From contig CAJVWH010000002.1 of NCBI GenBank assembly GCA_913009575.1, positions 1 to 45,614 of the forward strand: a stretch of DNA of 45,614 nucleotides, in the 5' to 3' direction. A program made the position numbers and the translations under genes. Of the stretch, positions 17,647 to 26,576 are shown piece after piece; the first letter of the stretch is position 1, and the number at the start of each line of letters is the position of its first letter. Source of the DNA: an uncultured bacterium (GTDB taxonomy: Bacteria; Patescibacteriota; Minisyncoccia; UBA9983). The notes under the pieces are model-generated. The model did no database searches, was not told where the DNA came from, and worked only from the letters and a program-made list of their open reading frames with translations.

Positions 17647-18257
17647 TATTTTATCGGCTCTTGATAAGGATCGCCTTCCAGATAGTGTTCTGAAACCTGA
17701 AGCGGTTTTCTGTGAATTTCTTCGCTTGTCTTCGCTTCAAACGGACCTTTTTCCGGTTCGGGAATATTTAACCCTTTCAATATCTCCGGAACATTTGACT
17801 TTTCATCTTTATTAATTTCTTCGCTTTCAATTTCTTTAAGCATATCTTTTTTAATTTCAGTTTTTGCGCCTCCTAATTCGTAATTCCCGGTTTCCACCTG
17901 TCCGGCAGCAAAATCATTTTGCTCCGAAGTCCCTGTTATATTATGTATTTTTTTTAATGACTCTCTTACCTTGGCAAAAATCTGCTTATTTATATCTTCG
18001 GCAATCTTGCGCGCAGTTTCCCTGTCACCTCCGAGTCTACGGGAAAGGTTGGAAATAAAATCTTTGGGAGGAGTCACGCCAAACATTACCATTCCGGTCT
18101 CATCAGCCAACTCGCCGATTTTATCAATCATTAAGTTATATTTTTTCCCTACCTGCTGAATAACATTCGCTGAATCAACGCTTAAAATCGCATCTTTCAG
18201 ATCTTCAGGAAGTTTTTGGTAAATTTCTCTTGTTTGTTGCGGTGTTAATTTTGACAT
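17646..18257 (-). CDS. Hypothetical helical protein, paralog of 18280-18675
   Basis: Y.KLPEDLKDAI...MVMFG...KDF...IFAKVRESL; C-terminal DPYQEPI. Confidence 0.75.
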   Translation of the reverse strand: MSKLTPQQTREIYQKLPEDLKDAILSVDSANVIQQVGKKYNLMIDKIGELADETGMVMFGVTPPKDFISNLSRRLGGDRETARKIAEDINKQIFAKVRESLKKIHNITGTSEQNDFAAGQVETGNYELGGAKTEIKKDMLKEIESEEINKDEKSNVPEILKGLNIPEPEKGPFEAKTSEEIHRKPLQVSEHYLEGDPYQEPIK

Positions 18258-18279
18258 AATTTTTATAACGACAAATTGT

Positions 18280-18675
18280 CTATTTTTCTTGGATTAATAT
18301 TCTCCCCGGTAGAGCATTGAGATGTGACGCCATCTCCGGGTCTTTATATTTTTCAACTGCCGACATTATGGAGAGTGCCCCGCGAATTTTCGCGAAAATC
18401 CCCTCGTCAATTTCGCGCTGAATTTGGGCGGCAATGTCCCCGCTAACTCCGGCTGATTCTGAAATATGTTTTGCGAAATCTTTGAAGCGAATCATTCCGA
18501 ACATAACCATTCTCGCGGCTGACTCAATTTCATAAATTCCGTCCTCATCAATCTTGTGTTTGTCGGCAATTTTTCTCATAGCGTTTTCCATATCATCGCC
18601 AAACATCGCTTCCTTTATTTCTTCGGGAAGCTGCTGATATTTTTCTTTTAATTCTTGTTCCGTATAATTTTTCAT
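18280..18675 (-). CDS. Hypothetical helical protein, paralog of 17646-18257
   Basis: Y.QLPEEIKEAM...MVMFG...KDF...IFAKIRGAL. Confidence 0.75.
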   Translation of the reverse strand: MKNYTEQELKEKYQQLPEEIKEAMFGDDMENAMRKIADKHKIDEDGIYEIESAARMVMFGMIRFKDFAKHISESAGVSGDIAAQIQREIDEGIFAKIRGALSIMSAVEKYKDPEMASHLNALPGRILIQEK

Positions 18676-18684
18676 AATACTATT

Positions 18685-20553
18685 TTACGCCTTTTCCGTT
18701 TTGGGTGCGAGTTTCGGCGCTTCTCCTCCGCCGCCGGATTGCGCTTTCTTTATAAGTTTTTGCGCCTCTCCTATAATAGCATTTTCTTTTTTCTTATTTA
18801 ACTTACTGTTAATTCCATTAATCTTATCATACGTGGATTTCATAAATTCCGCCATTTCATTGTCTAATTTTTCCATTTCACGCTCCCAACTCCCGGGACT
18901 CCCATATTCAAGTTTGTTTGTTTTTTTATGTACTTCAATCTTGTCTTGAATCTTTTTCCTCCCTTCATCCCAATTTTCGGATTTTTCCCTTAGTTTTAAC
19001 CCTTTCCTTTCATTCTTAAGTTTTTTAATCTCTACTTTTTCCTTGTCTGCCTTCTGTTTACCTTCAAGTTTTTCCTCTATAACCTCGCGCCTTGACGGCA
19101 TAATCATTCGTTGCGCCTGCAAAGCCGCCAATCCCGCCGTGCTGTAAGACCCGTAAACTTTCTCGCGCCTTTTTTTCGTTTCCGCTTTTTGTTTCTCTCT
19201 CCAAGAAGACGCCCTAGCCGCGCCCTGAGCCGCGCCCGGAATCTTCAAGGCGGCCCTGAGCGCGACTGCCGTTTTACCCTTATTCTTGAAATTACCCTTT
19301 TCATCGGTGCCATAGGCATGGTTCAACGCCTTTTCAGAAGCAAAACCGACCCCCCTTCTTCCAATCCTTCCCGCATAACTTTGGCCCCACTTGCGGGCGT
19401 TAGTCCCCAATTTCTGCATTGCACCCGCGCCGTGAGCACCCATTTTACCGGCTATTATCAAACAAGCAACTAATAAAACCGCCAGTATTGAAAATTGCAT
19501 AATCACAACGGCAATACTCTTGAAAAAACTCACAATGCCGCCGGCAACACCCCCGCTAGAAGATGCTGACGTTGATAAAGTAGCTGCCAAGGAAGCCAAA
19601 AACCCTTCCCCTCCGGAAGGACCGACAATAAGCATCGCCACAAGATAAAATAAAAACAAAAATATGGGGGCGAAAAAGGATTGGCTGAACAATTTACCCC
19701 ACCATTCTTTCGCGTATCTTCCGGTGCTTGGCAAAATCATCGCTAAAAAGGCCAGAGGCGCCAAAATCATAATCAGCCAAAGTGCAACGATACGAACTAT
19801 AAACAAAATAGCCGCGGCAAAAAGCACAAAAGCGGCAATCACGTTTATTATGGATGCGACGAGAAATATTATAAATATAACCAAAAGAGAGCCGTTGCCT
19901 CCAACCACCCATTTTTGAAAAGAATCTTGGCTTAACAGGCGCTGCGGGTTAAAGCCGCTGATAAATACGGCGGAAACTCCCTTTACCTGCACTCCTCCAA
20001 CTGTCACGGCGCTTTCCTGCGGCGCGGATATTTTGCTGTAAAATTCCATCGCTAAGACATTTGACGCGTCAATGACCACTCTTGTAAACACCAAACTAAA
20101 ATTCACCAATAAAGCAACAATAATAACTTTTACCAATAAATCTTTCATACCGTATCCGCCAATTTGCAGAATGGTGGCAATGGATATGTAAAGCAATATA
20201 AAAATAAAAAACAGATTTACCAGATTACGTGTGATTTTCCACCCTTCTTTCACCATATTTGTGTTGAGGGTTTTTGAATCCAGGGCAAAAGAAACGGAAA
20301 CATCCAATATTTGCCCTGAAAACCACAGAAGCGCTGATGTTGGGACAAAGAAAATATAATAAGAAAGCGTAGCGGCACAAGCTGGGAGGTGTATTCTACC
20401 GGGAAAAGAGAGGCAATTGGTCTTGTCAAGCTGGCTTTCAATACTGCCTGAAGAGACGGCTGTGGGGGTAGAGGCGGCAAAAGTGCCCAAAGGAGCCAGC
20501 ACGTTTACGGCAAAAATCACAGTTATTAAAATATAAGGTAAAAATTTCCGCAT
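18685..20553 (-). CDS. VirB6/TrbL-like polytopic membrane protein
   Basis: GW.ITRNLVN.FFI, ALLVNFSL...RVVID..N, R.V.LW...ILAPLAF...ILP, WW; charged coiled-coil C-terminal tail. Confidence 0.75.
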   Translation of the reverse strand: MRKFLPYILITVIFAVNVLAPLGTFAASTPTAVSSGSIESQLDKTNCLSFPGRIHLPACAATLSYYIFFVPTSALLWFSGQILDVSVSFALDSKTLNTNMVKEGWKITRNLVNLFFIFILLYISIATILQIGGYGMKDLLVKVIIVALLVNFSLVFTRVVIDASNVLAMEFYSKISAPQESAVTVGGVQVKGVSAVFISGFNPQRLLSQDSFQKWVVGGNGSLLVIFIIFLVASIINVIAAFVLFAAAILFIVRIVALWLIMILAPLAFLAMILPSTGRYAKEWWGKLFSQSFFAPIFLFLFYLVAMLIVGPSGGEGFLASLAATLSTSASSSGGVAGGIVSFFKSIAVVIMQFSILAVLLVACLIIAGKMGAHGAGAMQKLGTNARKWGQSYAGRIGRRGVGFASEKALNHAYGTDEKGNFKNKGKTAVALRAALKIPGAAQGAARASSWREKQKAETKKRREKVYGSYSTAGLAALQAQRMIMPSRREVIEEKLEGKQKADKEKVEIKKLKNERKGLKLREKSENWDEGRKKIQDKIEVHKKTNKLEYGSPGSWEREMEKLDNEMAEFMKSTYDKINGINSKLNKKKENAIIGEAQKLIKKAQSGGGGEAPKLAPKTEKA

Positions 20554-20562
20554 AAAAACAAC

Positions 20563-22140
20563 TTAATCACTGTTTTGTAAATTGCTCAAATCAGTATTGC
20601 ATTGCCCGATCTGCTCTTCTATCCCGCCTGTTCCATTAATTTTATCTTCAAGATTTTGTTTAACCACAAAATATTCGTCCAGTGCGTTGTTTGCATCTTG
20701 CGGACTATGTAGGGATGACCCGCTACCGTTGGTAAAGTCTGTCATAGCTTTTTGTAGATCTACCAACGTAACAGCGCTTGATATAATGTTCTTATCCTCT
20801 TCACCTTTATTTATCATTAAAGTGGAAATTGCAACAGCGGCGACAAATGGAGCTTTTTCAGATTCAAGAGAATCTATTAAGGGTTGCGTTTCATTGTCTA
20901 TTTTTGTCCGGAGAGCATCCGCCTGCAGGGCTTCGTTTTGGCAAGATAAAGAATCCGCGGGCGTGCAACTTTTAAGAATTGTAATTTGGTCCTCATAACA
21001 TTGCTTTAATTCGTTTACTTTTCCTATGGCCCAATCATATTTATCAACAGATTTTTGTTCGGCATCCCTAAAATTAATTTCTGGCGTGAGTTTGCGGTCA
21101 ATTATATTTTTTGCACTCTGTTTCATCTCTGATGTAACTTCCGGAACTGAAGCAACTGAATCGTAACTTGATCCACCATCCCTAAGATTAGACATATAAT
21201 GATTAATTAAAGCGACAATAATCTCGTCAAGTTCATCGGCAACACCGAGAGTCTTCACATCCTGACCTAAAACCGATTCAAGGCGACCCTCTATTACCTT
21301 GCCGGGTGTCGTATTTTGCATCTGCCCGCCGGTCCCTTCGCAAATTGTTTCCGCGGGAATATTCGTCGCGTTACAATTAGAGACACAACTGTCATGGTCG
21401 GCAGAGGATGCATTACTGCATTGCAATTGGCAAAAATCATTTTTGTCCGCCGAAGAATCATAACATTTTTTCATGCTTAAAAATCCCTGACCTGAAAGAA
21501 TTTCCTGCTTGCCCAAACTGACCTTGGTACTCACTCTGGCGCTCATTTCATCTGTCGCCATAAAATAAGCGCCATAAGGATTGTTTTGCGGTTCCAGAGT
21601 CGCTGACAGCCAATTGTTCCATCCGCCATTGTTAAAATTCCCCATAAAATTATCCCAATTGGCAACAGCATCTTTAAAGGTGCAGCTGAATTTTTTCAAT
21701 GCGGGGGCGGCAAAATTATATCTTAAACTGAACAAAATTTGTGCCTTAAAAGGCGAGCAAATATCTTCAAGTCCCAACTGTTGCATAAAAAGGCCTGATG
21801 TTTGATTCGCTAAACCCTCAAAATAAGTTTTCGGATTGGTAACAAACGCAGGATTTCCGTTAAATCCTGAATTTATCCAATTAACCAAATCATCCGTTAT
21901 GCTCTGAATCATCGCCTTGGCGAAATACCAGGCAAGAGGGTCAAGGATATTCTCCTTTGTCCATGAATCCCCTTGCATATAAGAATTATAAACATTTTCA
22001 ACCCAGTTTGTCGGATCAAAACTTATATCCTCAACCCCCCACCATGCATCGGCACGCTTTGCCGGCAAAAAGAAAAAACTGGAAGATAATGCTAACGTTA
22101 TAAAAATTACAATTATGTATTTTTTATAAAAATTACCCAT
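20563..22140 (-). CDS. Secreted hypothetical protein of the T4SS-like cluster
   Basis: Signal peptide, WINSGFNGNPAFVTNP, NNPYGAY, GQGFLS, TPG..I; Cys-rich insert; helical C-terminus. Confidence 0.7.
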   Translation of the reverse strand: MGNFYKKYIIVIFITLALSSSFFFLPAKRADAWWGVEDISFDPTNWVENVYNSYMQGDSWTKENILDPLAWYFAKAMIQSITDDLVNWINSGFNGNPAFVTNPKTYFEGLANQTSGLFMQQLGLEDICSPFKAQILFSLRYNFAAPALKKFSCTFKDAVANWDNFMGNFNNGGWNNWLSATLEPQNNPYGAYFMATDEMSARVSTKVSLGKQEILSGQGFLSMKKCYDSSADKNDFCQLQCSNASSADHDSCVSNCNATNIPAETICEGTGGQMQNTTPGKVIEGRLESVLGQDVKTLGVADELDEIIVALINHYMSNLRDGGSSYDSVASVPEVTSEMKQSAKNIIDRKLTPEINFRDAEQKSVDKYDWAIGKVNELKQCYEDQITILKSCTPADSLSCQNEALQADALRTKIDNETQPLIDSLESEKAPFVAAVAISTLMINKGEEDKNIISSAVTLVDLQKAMTDFTNGSGSSLHSPQDANNALDEYFVVKQNLEDKINGTGGIEEQIGQCNTDLSNLQNSD

Positions 22141-23151
22141 TTACTTTTGTTTAAATATTTTATTTATAATGCCCCCCGGCTCATTTTCTTTGAAGAAAAC
22201 TCCCTTATTCCTTAAATTATCAAATATGAAAGTTACCGAATTTACAAACTTTCTCTGATTACCGTAATACTGTTTTAAGGACATCAAGGCACCTATTGAA
22301 TCCTGAGGATAATTCTTCAAATATTTGGTAATTTCCATAAATTTAGAAAGGGCGTTTATAAGGACAAGATGTTGGCTTGCCAAGTCAGAAGGGACTTTAA
22401 TCGCTAAAAAATCTTTTATAATATTTTTATAAGTACTTATATTTTTATCAAGTTTGGCAAACCCATTTTTGTCGTTTTTTTCAATGGCTTCTTTAAAATA
22501 TATAATTTCTGTCTCTGGAGAATACGGTCCGTTATATTTTTCCATAGTGGCACCAAGCTGATTCCCATAAATTTTTAATGCTTTCTTGCTGTTGTTTTGC
22601 GATATTTTAATATCAGAAATTTTATAAATCTTGCCGGAGATATCACTATTTGCATCGGATAGAATGGAATCTATTAATCTTTTTTTTGTTAATTCGTCAA
22701 TCTTTCCGCCGCTTGACCGTTTCGCCATAAGATATCTTGAAAGAAGGTCTTTGGAAATGCTTCCTGTCAGAGAAGTCTGTCCGGAATTTGAACTGGAAGA
22801 GGCCACGTTTTTGCCCGGAAAAGCCACTTCCAATTTATCATCCGGGCCGGGTTTTGTCGGATCCCTGCCCTCTTTAACTTCTTCGCCGTCTTTTGTTCCG
22901 TCTCCGTCGGTATCAGGATTATTAGGGTCTGTTTTCCAAAGCGCCTCTTCCCAGTCCGCCAAACCATCGTTATCGGAATCTTTTTGCACATTTTGGAACA
23001 TTTTTGAAGCAATTCCGTTTTTTTCATAAATATTAAAAATTTTTTTTTGGGCTCCTTTGTTGTTGGAAACCAAAAACCATCCTCCCAATACTACAAGGAT
23101 TGCAATAAATATAATCGTAAATTTTTTGTTGGGCAGATAAGAAAAAACCAT
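22141..23151 (-). CDS. Membrane-anchored protein with thrombospondin type-3-like Ca-binding repeats
   Basis: DSDNDGLADWEE...TDPNNPDTDGDGTKDGEEV..GRDP. Confidence 0.75.
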   Translation of the reverse strand: MVFSYLPNKKFTIIFIAILVVLGGWFLVSNNKGAQKKIFNIYEKNGIASKMFQNVQKDSDNDGLADWEEALWKTDPNNPDTDGDGTKDGEEVKEGRDPTKPGPDDKLEVAFPGKNVASSSSNSGQTSLTGSISKDLLSRYLMAKRSSGGKIDELTKKRLIDSILSDANSDISGKIYKISDIKISQNNSKKALKIYGNQLGATMEKYNGPYSPETEIIYFKEAIEKNDKNGFAKLDKNISTYKNIIKDFLAIKVPSDLASQHLVLINALSKFMEITKYLKNYPQDSIGALMSLKQYYGNQRKFVNSVTFIFDNLRNKGVFFKENEPGGIINKIFKQK

Positions 23152-23203
23152 GGCTTTTGCACCGCCTTTATTATAGCATTTTTAAAATTAAATTTTGTAC
23201 TTT

Positions 23204-23212
23204 TGTGGATAA
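23204..23212 (-). promoter_or_regulatory. DnaA box in a divergent promoter region
   Basis: TGTGGATAA, reverse complement of TTATCCACA. Confidence 0.5.
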
Positions 23213-23240
23213 ATAAGTAAATACAAGATAATATTAGAAT

Positions 23241-24071
23241 ATGGCAAAAAATTTTAAAGAAAAGCACGCATTCATTGCCTATTTTTTTCTTGCGATTGTT
23301 TTTACTTTGGCGATTTTTTTTTCCAGTTCCGCTCTCAATGCCCTTAAAAAGGAATCCGTGCTCTCAGCTCAAAATGGATGGAAATGGCTTTACAATTATC
23401 AAGGCAAATTTTTAGACCCGGGAATTCTTCACATTATAAGAATAATCAACGATGATTATTGCGATTCTTCACCCAAAATAGAAAATTTTTGGAAAAACAA
23501 ACTGAAAGAATTTGAAAAAAAACCTTATCTGCCTGTTTTTGAAAGGTTGTTTGCGGGACCAAATTATAAAATCAGTCCCCGGGTAAAAAAAATACTGCGG
23601 ACACCGCAGGAAAAATACAACGATATTCTCCCCCAAGCGCTTTATTGCGATCTATTCCCCGTAAAGAAAGATTTCGCGAAAAACACTTTTGGAAACATAG
23701 AAAAAGAAACCGGCTACAATCTTACCCACAAATTTTGGTCCGCCGTTCTTTTTAAGAAAAACGGGTGTTCCGCAAAGGGCTACGATATTGATAGAATAAT
23801 TTTATCCGGAGCGAAAAAAATTTCCGAAGAAGAAGAGAAAAGCAAAGGCAAATTCAATGATTTATACGCCGAAAGAGCCGCGTTTCTTTTTTACTATGGT
23901 TTTAAAGATATGGCAAAGAATGAATGGATAAAAAATATTTTGAAAAACCAGATGCCTTCCGGCGCGTGGGCGACACCGGTTTACTTTAATCAAAAATATG
24001 AGAATCCGCACACGACCGCCTTGGCAATATGGGTGCTCACCCAATATTCAAAAACTTGCCCCTTCAACTAG
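23241..24071 (+). CDS. Membrane-anchored hypothetical protein, DUF4735/C16orf89-like alpha-barrel (tentative)
   Basis: GYNLTH, GC, DLYAE, WI..IL..Q..SGAW, HTTALA. Confidence 0.55.
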   Translation: MAKNFKEKHAFIAYFFLAIVFTLAIFFSSSALNALKKESVLSAQNGWKWLYNYQGKFLDPGILHIIRIINDDYCDSSPKIENFWKNKLKEFEKKPYLPVFERLFAGPNYKISPRVKKILRTPQEKYNDILPQALYCDLFPVKKDFAKNTFGNIEKETGYNLTHKFWSAVLFKKNGCSAKGYDIDRIILSGAKKISEEEEKSKGKFNDLYAERAAFLFYYGFKDMAKNEWIKNILKNQMPSGAWATPVYFNQKYENPHTTALAIWVLTQYSKTCPFN

Positions 24072-24827
24072 ACACTTCCATTGTTCTACATTCAACTCTT
24101 CCGCTCTTGCTTTTTCTCCAATCCCGCACTTTGTTAGGCATTGAGTGTCTGATATTTGTAAATTATTTTTTATCAGTTTGCGCTTGCTTGAAAAACCTTT
24201 TTTGACGGCCGTAAAAAATTTTTCTTCATTAATTTTTTTCGCGCCGCAAAGGGAGAAGAAATCTTTTGAAATATTGTCAATCAGTAAAATAGCGGAATCA
24301 ACTTTCGGTTTTGGCGAAAAATATTTTGCCGGAACCCTCTTGATAATCCGAGGGCTGCCATATGCTTTGACACTGATTGAAAGAATACTTTCTTTGCCGT
24401 TTCGCGCCACAATCCTTTCGGCCACTTCTTTCTGAACCATCAAAACCATCCTACTCGGCCGGCAGTCACTTTCTAAAAACTTACGCAAAAGGTGCGAAGT
24501 AATGTAATAAGGGATATTTGCGATAATTTTATAACTTTTAGTTTTTAGTTCGCAGTTTCTAGGATTAAATTTTAAAATATCCGCGCGGACAACTTCCAAT
24601 TTTTCCCGGTCAGCGAATTTTTTCTGCAAAAACTCCGTCAAATGTTCATCTTTTTCAACCGCAATCACACGCCCCGCCTTTTCCAACAGCGCCTTGGTCA
24701 AAATTCCCTTTCCGGGACCCACCTCCAAAATGACATCATCAGACTCAACAGCCCCGGCTTGGATAATTTCATTGACTATTGCTTTTGATGTTAAAAAATT
24801 TTGCCCCAATGATTTTTTTGCTCTCAT
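24048..24827 (-). CDS. rsmA: 16S rRNA m6,6A dimethyltransferase RsmA/KsgA
   Basis: KKSLGQNFL, LEVGPGKGILT, IANIPYYIT, MVQKEVAERI, F.PKPKVDSA. Confidence 0.97.
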   Translation of the reverse strand: MRAKKSLGQNFLTSKAIVNEIIQAGAVESDDVILEVGPGKGILTKALLEKAGRVIAVEKDEHLTEFLQKKFADREKLEVVRADILKFNPRNCELKTKSYKIIANIPYYITSHLLRKFLESDCRPSRMVLMVQKEVAERIVARNGKESILSISVKAYGSPRIIKRVPAKYFSPKPKVDSAILLIDNISKDFFSLCGAKKINEEKFFTAVKKGFSSKRKLIKNNLQISDTQCLTKCGIGEKARAEELNVEQWKCLVEGASF

Positions 24828-24837
24828 ATTTTAAAGC

Positions 24838-25440
24838 TTAAAACAAAAATTTTATGGCGAGAAAAACGGCAATCAACAAAATAACAAATACGATTGAAAG
24901 AATATTAAAATATTTGTAAATCAGCCGGCTGACGCGTACGCCGAAAACTTTGACAAAATAGGCAATGGCAAAATAACGCATACCCCTTCCGATGACGGCA
25001 GCAAAAACAACCTTCCAGAATGAAACCTTGAAAAGACCTGCCGCAATAGTGATAACCTTAAAGGGAATCGGCGTAAAAGCGGCCGTGAAAACAGTGAGAA
25101 AAACATTGGCCCCGAACTTTGTTCCGATAAAACTGATTGTTTGCTGAAGATGGTAAATTTCAACTATACGCGCACCAATCATATGATAAAAACCCCATCC
25201 GATGGCATATCCCAACATCGCCCCCAGAACGGAACCAAGAGAGGTAATACCGGCATACCACCACCAGCGTTCCGCACCTACCATAAGAATGGCTATCATT
25301 AAAATGTCCGGCGGAATGGGAAAAACAGAGGCCTCAAAAAAAGCAATCAAAAAAAGCGCTACAGCCATGTGGGGAGTGTGCGCCCAATGCAAAGTCCAAA
25401 CGCGCACCCGTTCAAAAATTTTCAGGACAAAAAATTTCAC
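24838..25440 (-). CDS. DedA/YqaA (VTT domain) membrane protein
   Basis: F.EASVFPIPPD, GSVLGA..GY.IG, FTPIPFKV.TI.AG, GRG.RY. Confidence 0.9.
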   Translation of the reverse strand: MKFFVLKIFERVRVWTLHWAHTPHMAVALFLIAFFEASVFPIPPDILMIAILMVGAERWWWYAGITSLGSVLGAMLGYAIGWGFYHMIGARIVEIYHLQQTISFIGTKFGANVFLTVFTAAFTPIPFKVITIAAGLFKVSFWKVVFAAVIGRGMRYFAIAYFVKVFGVRVSRLIYKYFNILSIVFVILLIAVFLAIKFLF

Positions 25441-25474
25441 TATAAATAATCATAGCAGAAAAAACCGGAAAGGA

Positions 25475-26530
25475 TTAGAGGGAATTCCGTAAATTCTCCG
25501 CCGCCCGCTCGGGCGAAACCGCAACCACTTCAATGCCGGTCCCGAGTTCAAGCCCAGCCCACTTATCGGTACGAGGCAAAATCTCAATATGCCAATGGTA
25601 ATAAGGAACATTTTTCACTTTTGCCGAGGCGGTGTGAATGAAAAAATTGTAATCAGGGTTGTTCAATGTTTTGCCAATGCGGCTGAGGGCGTCTTTGAGG
25701 GATTCAGCGAGATACGGTATTGCCTCGCGGGAAATCTCTTCAAAATCAGATGAGTGCTCACGGGGGAAAATTCTGACTTCATATGAAACCCGCGAGGCAT
25801 AGGGAGTGAAAGTGGTAAAATGTTTATTTTCAAAAACAATTCTTTTTTTCTCTTTTCTCTCCCAATCAAGCATCACGCAATGGACGCATTTCTTGTTTTT
25901 CTCAAAAAAATTGATGCCTCCGTTTATACTCCTGGAAACATCGGGCGGGACAATAGGAAGGGCAACCAACTGAGAATGAGGATGAGCAATTGAAGCGCCC
26001 GCCAACTCACCCTTATTGTGGAAAATCAAAATGTATTCAATACATTGTTCTTTCTCAAGCATTTTATAGCGTTCCTTGTACGCTTTCAATACCAAACCGA
26101 TCTCATCAATGGACATTTTTTTAAAATCTCGGCCGTGATCGCGAAAAACAATCACCTCATGGAAACCCATCCCATCAATTTTTTCATAAGGGCCGAGAGC
26201 ACTGGTCGTCGGGCAAACACTTCCCTGAGGAAAAACGGGGTATCTATTGGGAATAATTTGGATAAACCAATCTTTAATTTCTTGCGAGGCTGATTTCGGA
26301 GATGGGTACCACAATATTGGAGAAGAATTTCCGCTTTTTTGAGGATTTTCAAAAGGGCAGTCTTTCTTTAATTTTTGGTTCTGGCGCTGAGATTCGGCGC
26401 CATGCCTCACATTTGCGGACTTCAAAAAATGCGGTCTCATTCGACGCATTGAAGAAATAAGAACCCATTCCCCGCTCACCGTGTCTTTTCTGAACTCCGA
26501 TATGAAATTTTGCTTTTTGTTTTTCGCCAT
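25475..26530 (-). CDS. galT: Galactose-1-phosphate uridylyltransferase
   Basis: EFRKD.V.G.WV...R..RP, CPF, PN.YP, G.HEVI, AGASIAHPHSQ, HWHIEILPR, GLELGTG. Confidence 0.92.
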   Translation of the reverse strand: MAKNKKQNFISEFRKDTVSGEWVLISSMRRMRPHFLKSANVRHGAESQRQNQKLKKDCPFENPQKSGNSSPILWYPSPKSASQEIKDWFIQIIPNRYPVFPQGSVCPTTSALGPYEKIDGMGFHEVIVFRDHGRDFKKMSIDEIGLVLKAYKERYKMLEKEQCIEYILIFHNKGELAGASIAHPHSQLVALPIVPPDVSRSINGGINFFEKNKKCVHCVMLDWERKEKKRIVFENKHFTTFTPYASRVSYEVRIFPREHSSDFEEISREAIPYLAESLKDALSRIGKTLNNPDYNFFIHTASAKVKNVPYYHWHIEILPRTDKWAGLELGTGIEVVAVSPERAAENLRNSL

Positions 26531-26576
26531 TGTTGCATTTACCCTTCCTTAAACTTCAACGGATTTTACTTACGTC

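Noticed and set aside
17874-17887. TAATTCG TAATTCC heptamer pair
   Set aside because: Only two units; too weak to assign to the heptamer family.
11536-23151. T4SS cluster as an ICE or integrated plasmid
   Set aside because: No relaxase, coupling protein, integrase or flanking att repeats; embedded among core genes.
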